Source of the DNA: Eledone cirrhosa
Lineage: Eukaryota
Length of the DNA stretch: 64,000 nt
Reading direction: 5' to 3'
Assembly (NCBI GenBank): GCA_964016885.1
Contig: OZ024741.1
Span: forward strand, 298,902,001-298,966,000
Below are positions 55,345 through 64,000 of this stretch, piece after piece. The position numbers and the translations under genes are program-made. The notes below the pieces were generated by a model, which made no database searches, had not been told where the DNA came from, and saw only the letters and a list, made by a program, of their open reading frames with translations. The first letter of the stretch is position 1. Every line of letters starts with the position of its first letter.

Positions 55345-56108
55345 ACAGAGTTTTGTAGCTTGCTTGAAGCATTTTTGAATAGGAAACACAAATTAAAATG
55401 TTTAAAGCCAAACAATGCGTTCGGGAGAACATTAGATCGTCATGATTACAAATTTAACGATCCCAAATATTTTCGGGTTTAAAAACCCTTTATTAATGGA
55501 GTAACCCTATGAGAGACTTAAAAATTTGATCAGATTGACTTGCTGTTTAGTTTAAATAATGAGACCACCAACCCATCCAACTTATTTAATAACGTATGGG
55601 ATTTCCCAGAATCTATTTTTTGGTATGTATAATGCTTTTTAATGCATAAACAAAATTAATCGTCACAGGAACGCTACCAGTAGCTTATCAGTGTTATTCT
55701 TCGTTCCTTCATTATTAATACTCCAGGAACTGCTTGCCTAGGAACTGTCCGAAATCGGGCATCCGAACGCTAAAATTAAGTAAACATCTTGTTGAGTCAA
55801 ACAACGCCGCACGTTAAAATCCTTCACGGTTCAGACTACGTATAGCCTCTACCTGGATTATCTTATACTATACCGAAATGTTAACACTCCTTTCCTACTA
55901 TATCAAGCGTAAAACTAATAATATATTTCTTCGTTCTACTGACTGTGTCATATGCTTTGTTATTCCTGCTTGCGTGCGTTTTGCATATATATATATATAT
56001 ATATATATATTACCAAATTTAATTTAGAAATTGATTCTACATGACTAGCACTGATTTATTCGTATGAAATCATCAGGAATATATACATTTATGTATACAT
56101 ATGCATGC

Positions 56109-56149
<41 letters not shown>

Positions 56150-56152
<3 letters not shown>

Positions 56153-56468
56153 TGGCGGACTGGGTCTAAAAATATCGGTTGCCAGCAGATGCCACCTAGA
56201 AATATAATGCTAATTTTTATAATGAATAAATAACATTTTCAAAAAATACATAAGTGGAAACAAAACAGTGGAATCAAATTTTTCCGGAAAAGTATCTTAC
56301 TTTCTCCAATAAAAAATATTATACTTTTTGCGAATTCCAGAGACTTTCAATAATGACCTTTGGTCTTTCCCACTCACCCAATATCTGCTATTTCAAGCGT
56401 TAACCTAATATATTCCTTCCATATACTCTACCGATTGTGGTGTTATTTCTGTTCACCTTTACACGCAC

Positions 56469-56519
<51 letters not shown>

Positions 56520-57367
56520 GGAGTACGTGTACATGTGCGCATGTGTGTATATATATAATATATGTGTGTATGTGCGTATATTTATAATATATATATGTAT
56601 ATATGTATATATATATATATATACATACATTATTATACAAGCATTACCGGCGGTAATAGCATTATGAACAGGTAGATATTTAAATCATTTTTTAATTTAT
56701 TTAAATGATTGTTTAATATTTGTTTGTTCTGCTCATCAATTTATATATATATATATATATTATTTGTTTGTTAAAATAATCAAATTAAATTAATTCAACA
56801 GTTAAACACACATAGGAATAATAAGGTTGTTTATCAATGAGCCAGAAGATTGACAAGTTGACCCTAAATATGACTAATAACTCTAGGAAAGCCATGGACG
56901 ACACCTAATATTTTTAACTTTGATTTTGAAAGTAGGTTTATAATTATTATTTTTCATCATACTTTTGTAGCTGTCTCAGCGGCCTAGTTGGAGGAACTGT
57001 GGTGATCCTGATCGGGATTAGGTTTCCGGTAAACCTTTTCAGTTTTTTTTTCTATGGGATGTAAAATAAAATCTGAAAAAGTTTACCTCTTGACCAGGAT
57101 TGAACACAAGGCTAGGATCTCCACCGTCTCTAGTACCTACCGCTAGGCCACAAAGACAACTACGAACGTATTATGAAAATTCCTACTTATAACCTACTTT
57201 CAAAATATTATTCTTTCTCTTAGACTCCAGGTATTTTTTTAAAGCAAAGCATTGGCTCCTAAAATACTACAGTGGACCCTGCAATACTACGTGGGTCCGT
57301 GCAATCCTAGCGTGGCCCCTCTGCGGCCCACTTGCCATTGGGCAAACTGACAACCTGGCCAGTCCGT

Positions 57368-57372
<5 letters not shown>
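56150..57372. mobile_element. Non-autonomous DNA transposon (CAGTGGCGGA-type TIR) inserted in (TA)n, with nested repeats
   Basis: TIR cagtggcggactgg at 56150 and ccagtccgtcattg at 57359-57372 (12/14 match). Nested imperfect inverted repeat ~56924-57206. Confidence 0.65.
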
Positions 57373-57439
<67 letters not shown>

Positions 57440-59458
57440 CTGCGAGTAGGAGGACACTCGAGAAAAACGGAAAAGCCTGGGGTTGATACAGCTACTACGC
57501 ATCTTGCAACTACTTGTCATTGGGTTTTTGTTGCTGATATTTACAGAGCAGTATGGTGTACAGTTGCTAATCTACATGCAGGTGGCTTAATCCCAATTTT
57601 CGGAATAGTTACTGGCTTTTGTGACTAAGCAGCCCTTTTGTGGAGACGTAGAGGCACCATAGTGTCATACAGCGTTTCGGGGCCTCTTGAAACGTGGCAG
57701 AGGTCATTTCTTCCCCAGGTCTAAAAACATCCGATTTCCTCCAGAGAAGCAAAGGGAAAAAGAGAGTGAATGGTAAAGAGGAATGAGAAAACCATATACA
57801 AGAAAAATGACCCCTGCCCCTCAGAACCAGACTGGTACATTTTTTTATTGACATCAAAAGGATGAAAGGCAAAGTTGACCTATATATATATATATTAAGA
57901 GAGAGATAGAGAGAGATTATATATGATATTTGTATAATACATGTTTACACACACATGTACACCCATACACACATTACACCTACACAACCACACACAAACA
58001 GCAATATATATATATATACATATTCACGCACCCACGCACACATACACAGTCACGAACATTTGGCAAAATAAAGATTTGAAATTATATATAGAGGTTATTA
58101 ATGTGATGTCTGGACATCTCTGAAAAGATAGTTTGTTATCTGAAGGGAAATTTATCATTTGTCAACATTTCCCTAAAATTCCATCTGTAGAGTTCCAAAA
58201 ACAATAAGAACAACAACACTAGAATCAAACAACATCAATGACTTGAAACCAAAATGAATCACCAATAACAGTACCAACAAAAATGATTTCGATAAAAAGA
58301 CAAAGGAATGCCCACACGCACACATACATACACACATATGCAATGACAGTTATGAATTATTACGTGTGCGAACGTATAATTACATGAGAGTTTGGGGATA
58401 GAAATTATTGTTACTGTTTGAAATTCGCTTGCTGAACAACCTGTAACAATCACTGACATACATGCGCATGCACACACACATATAGGCACACACAGGAAGA
58501 CCGACACACGAACACCGACAAACAAAACACGTACACACACACACACAGATGCAAACAGATACACCCACACATAGACTGGCAGCCACAAAGCGAACATAAC
58601 AAGCATATGAAAGTTAACATTGACGCACACATTCATAGATGCACAGATATACTCAAAGAATTACGCCCAAATCACACAGACACACTCAATTACGCAAATA
58701 CACATGCGTAGACGTCCGCACACATACACATATAAAACAAAAGTAGATGAAATGTCTTCGCTTTCGACGATGATTATTCCAGTTGTTCGATCAACTGAAT
58801 TGCCGAATATTTATCGAATTATTTTCTAAGTGGTTGGATACTATACAAACTTAACCTTAACATAGCAAGACTGATCATATGAAATTCACTCACTAAGCTG
58901 GGGTGAATCCGAGGCAGTGTTAAGAAAATCTATTCAAAATATGATGCACATGCAACGAACGCGGGATCCCACAATTCAGAAGCGAATTTCCTAACACTTT
59001 AGCTATGCCTGTGTCGAATGAACGCACATAGGTGTGCATACACACTCTTATACATGCCTAGGCACATGCAAAATGCATAACGAAATACAAAACCACTCAA
59101 ACACGCTTATATCTAGAAACAAAACGTGTCTTAACAGTAAAAACAACATATTTTAGCAAGAGATAGAGTGAATGAAAGAAAAGAAGAAAGGTTGATATGG
59201 CAAAAGCGAAAATTCTGAGCGATAAAAAAGAGATGTATGTGAAGTGAAAGAGGTATTATCTAGGACGGTAGTAAACCTGCGGCGAAATAGTAAACAAATC
59301 CACTTGTAATCAAACCATACGATTTAAAAAAAGGACGTTGGATAATGTAGAGCAATATATATATATAAGTAAAAGGAAAAACTTGAACCTATCCAGGAAA
59401 AACTTGAACCGTTAAGTTCTTCTTTCCTGGTTATGTCAATATTTATAAAACAAACTTT

Positions 59459-59520
59459 GTATTTTATCTGATGAGAGCATACCAAAGTTTTGATACCCTT
59501 GATATATATATAATAGAATA
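59459..59520 (+). ncRNA. Degenerate hammerhead (family E, related to the 62-kb palindrome)
   Basis: tattttat CTGATGA gagcatacc...gataccctt GATA tatata; GAAA core mutated; flanks match 62340-62497. Confidence 0.5.
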
Positions 59521-60787
59521 AATATGGTTTTATAAATATAGTTTCCATGTATTTAATATCATTGTATATATAAATCTTTTCCTGAGTTCATTTTTTCTCG
59601 TTGCTATGGCAATGCGGCTGGACTGTCGGTCGCTATATTTGATTTGCAAAGCTGTCTAAACGTATTGTTATAACTCTGGGGTATTATTCTCCATCGAGTG
59701 CTAAGCTGCATTCCGAATCTGAATTCGTTAGCTTAGCCGCAGCCAAAAAAAATTTGTATATATATATATCGCTAGTATCGTAATGATATTGGCCCAATTA
59801 AAGCATTGAGTGAGTGACAGAACGATCACGATACACCGGTTCTTCCGATGATTCCATTTCAATATGATATATATACATAATTGTCTGTAAACGCCAGCTC
59901 CATATGGACTGTCGCTAGCAGATGGAGTAGTGGAAACTAATTAATTTGCCCGGGAAGAAAGAATCTAATTCTCTACCATCACGAAATCGCTTTTCTCACT
60001 ATTTAACTTTGTAGTGTCCACACTGTTTTCATTTACGTTCGTATCTTAAATAATTCTAGCTTAATTAAAACATCTTGATATATGGAAGTGAAACATACGC
60101 TTTCATCCGAACAACCAAAGCATATTGATGGCACATGCACTCGCCTGCTTCAACACATTCAGAACATAAGCTGGCGACATCTGACTTTGTGAGAGATATA
60201 ACTTTGCTACGCGAATGGGGCGAAATTTATTATACTTATTCACGTGACAGTCATCAACCAACCAAATTACTGTTCTAAAAAAACCTAGCATTTCGAACAA
60301 CTTTTTTCAACATGAAACAGAAGTAACATTCGAACACCAACCAGATGCGAGAAAAACGACAAACCCTCCATCTCAATTCAAATTTTGAAAAGTATAAGAA
60401 CTGTAAAACTGGTAAGGGAACCAAATAAATATTCTTAAAAAGACTCCCGTTGCATTTTCGATTTCATCTTTTTTCCCTATATATATATGGAAACGAGAAG
60501 TAATGACTGGAATGGCTTCGAATCAATCATAAGTGTGCCCAATCATCGTTGATTGTTCGGTCAGTTTAATGTATATGAGGAATTGATGCCCGGCTTTGGC
60601 ATAGTATATAAATAACTAACAAATAGTTTTATCGCTCTACACAACCGAATACAAGAAATGTAAATCTAAGTTTTTCGAATATTAATAATAATATTCGAAT
60701 AGTTTGCAATTATGCAAACAGCCTCTCAAGCCAAGACAGTAGAATGACCCCACCATTCTTGCTCCTGTGTTGGCATATAAATGGAAT

Positions 60788-60831
60788 GGCAAACACTAAT
60801 GTTTCTGGGTTATTGCCCTTCATCAGTACCG
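60788..60831 (-). ncRNA. Minimal type-I hammerhead
   Basis: ggta CTGATGA agggcaataaccca GAAA cattagtGTT tgcc. Confidence 0.65.
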
Positions 60832-61138
60832 TATTCTGTTTACCTGTCAACTTTCAGAGCTAGTGAAAATATATGATAGGCCACATTTGCTGATATGCAA
60901 ATCTGGCTGATCAGTGGGTCTGCTAATATGCAGACATAGCTGATCAGAGAGTCTTCTAATATGGACACAAGGCCATTGTGTCACTGTATATTTCAGAAAA
61001 TATCATATATTTTCACTGGTTCTGGCAGTTACAGGTAAAAACTAAACTCATTCGATATGCAAATTAGGCTGCTCAGCCGTTAATATGCATAAGGAAAGTA
61101 TATACTTTCAGACGTTCAACCATCTGGCAGGAAGGTAT

Positions 61139-61181
61139 ACGATGCTGACGATAGCTAATAAGCTTGAAACTAGTACATCGT
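61139..61181 (+). ncRNA. Minimal type-I hammerhead (family C), textbook geometry
   Basis: acgatg CTGACGA tagctaataagctt GAAA ctaGTA catcgt: 6-bp stem I, agct/agct stem II, palindromic actagt stem III. Confidence 0.8.
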
Positions 61182-61480
61182 TCCTGTGTCAGTGTTGAAC
61201 AAAAAGGTGACGTGGTTGCCTAAACACTGTACGGCGTAATTCGGGCTGTTTGTTTGTTTACAGACAAACCGAGCTTTATAATAAATGTTCGGTAAAGCGA
61301 TACGTGCATATATATATATATATGTGTGCATGTATGTATATATATACATACTACTGTACGTCTGCATACATATATGTATGTACGTATACATACATGCATA
61401 CTTACATTTAAGTAACTGCCATACTAAGAGTGAGAAATGAAATTTCGTTTCATTCTATTCCATTTATATATATATATATA

Positions 61481-61554
<74 letters not shown>

Positions 61555-61686
61555 TAGAAATGGCTTCTACAGGAGTAGAATTGTTTCATTCGAGACAAAT
61601 CATCAGGAAGCCTTGATGATTTCTCCCGCATGAAACAGATCTCGTTCTCCAGAAGCCATTTCTCTCTCTCTCTCTCTCTCTCTCTC

Positions 61687-61759
<73 letters not shown>

Positions 61760-61760
61760 T

Positions 61761-62019
<259 letters not shown>

Positions 62020-62082
62020 ATTTATATATATATATTTATATATATATATATTTATATATATATATTTATATATATATATATT

Positions 62083-62118
<36 letters not shown>

Positions 62119-62133
62119 TATATATATTTATAT

Positions 62134-62497
62134 ATATACAATAGTAAACAAATGGAAACTATATTTATAAAACCATATTTATTTCATTATACATATTTCA
62201 GGGATACCATATTAAAAATATGGCATGCCTTCGTCAGATAAAATACAATATATAAACTGTTTTATAAATAATTTTGACGTACCATAAATATAAGCCACCA
62301 TTAAGGTAGGAAGCCAGCTTCCTACCTTAATGGTAGCTTATATTTATGGTACGTCAAAATTATTTATAAAACAGTTTATATATTGTATTTTATCTGACGA
62401 AGGCATGCCATATTTTTAATATGGTATCCCTGAAATATGTATAATGAAATAAATATGGTTTTATAAATATAGTTTCCATTTGTTTACTATTGTATAT
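62134..62497. repeat. 364-bp near-perfect palindrome with a hammerhead in each arm (62180-62245 minus; 62386-62451 plus)
   Basis: 181-bp arms, 2-nt loop at 62315-62316, one mismatch seen; tattttat CTGACGA aggcatgccatatt-ttt-aatatggtatccct GAAA tatgtaTA atgaaata. Confidence 0.9.
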
Positions 62498-62682
62498 CTA
62501 CTCCAAAAACTTGTCGAGTGCTTTAAATCGGTTATAAAATATTTACTTGTTGTAACCCAACAATTTTAAATAAAACTTTTGTATATATCGTTTCTGAATT
62601 TGTTTAGCAAGATTCTTTATCTGAAATCGTGTGTTGAAACCGATATTGTTATACCCTACCAAAGTATAACAATAACTTTTGC

Positions 62683-63545
<863 letters not shown>

Positions 63546-63748
63546 ACGAAGGAAATGTGGTAAGGAACCAGGTGGACCATAACGCACCAAAGTACTCAAT
63601 ACGTAGGGTATTAGAGTGGGTAATAGGAACGAGTAGGGCCCCGACGGCTGAGCTCAAGCCGTTTTGACGGCTAATTCTGGACTCATATATATATATATAT
63701 GTATATATATAGAAAGATTTGAATGGATACAGTTTAGTTGAAAGGAAT

Positions 63749-63868
63749 TTATTGACACGTGTTTCTATAACAGTTACATAACCTATAACAGCTGCTATCT
63801 ACAAACTTTTAGTTATGCAGACATTCAATATTTCAATGTTATTATTTACTGTCATTTCATCAGAATAA
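63749..63868 (-). ncRNA. Type-I hammerhead with extended stem II (related to 39758-39876)
   Basis: ttatt CTGATGA aatgacag...ctgttata GAAA cacgtGTC aataa; palindromic stem III acacgtgt. Confidence 0.7.
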
Positions 63869-64000
63869 TATTACTGAGGACCTATTTAGTTTTTATAGAG
63901 AATATTAGGAGGGAGGGGTGAAGTTGTTAGAAGAATAGTTGAAGGAGTGGTTTTTCGATAGCAGTGAGAATTCATGGTGGCAGTGAGTAATTAGATTCCC

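Overview
AT-rich, microsatellite-dense animal DNA, most likely an octopod cephalopod (inferred from an Octopus-type tRNA-derived SINE and the (TA)n/(CA)n load). The only host gene is a minus-strand class C orphan GPCR of the GPR158/GPR179/Drosophila CG31760 family. Five in-phase GT-AG exons (48798-48730, 23397-23259, 20040-19929, 10167-9961, 7691-7482) encode ECL2 through TM5-TM7, the cytoplasmic coiled coil and the stop codon. I did not find its 5' exons in the window. The introns hold many retroelements: Penelope-like elements (PLEs, one with an open RT+GIY-YIG ORF inside a 589-bp inverted repeat), two CR1-type LINEs, a Tx1-type LINE sitting in a (TATC)n array, R4/NeSL-like RLE fragments in (TATG)n arrays, a CRE-like RLE fragment, an RTE fragment, about 14 SINEs and several MITEs. 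The most striking hidden layer is at least 12 minimal type-I hammerhead-ribozyme motifs from several unrelated non-coding families. Many are arranged as fold-back palindromes or partial tandems next to (TA)n/(CA)n tracts, which suggests a PLE-mobilised, retrozyme-like system. All calls are by eye; no database or folding searches were run.
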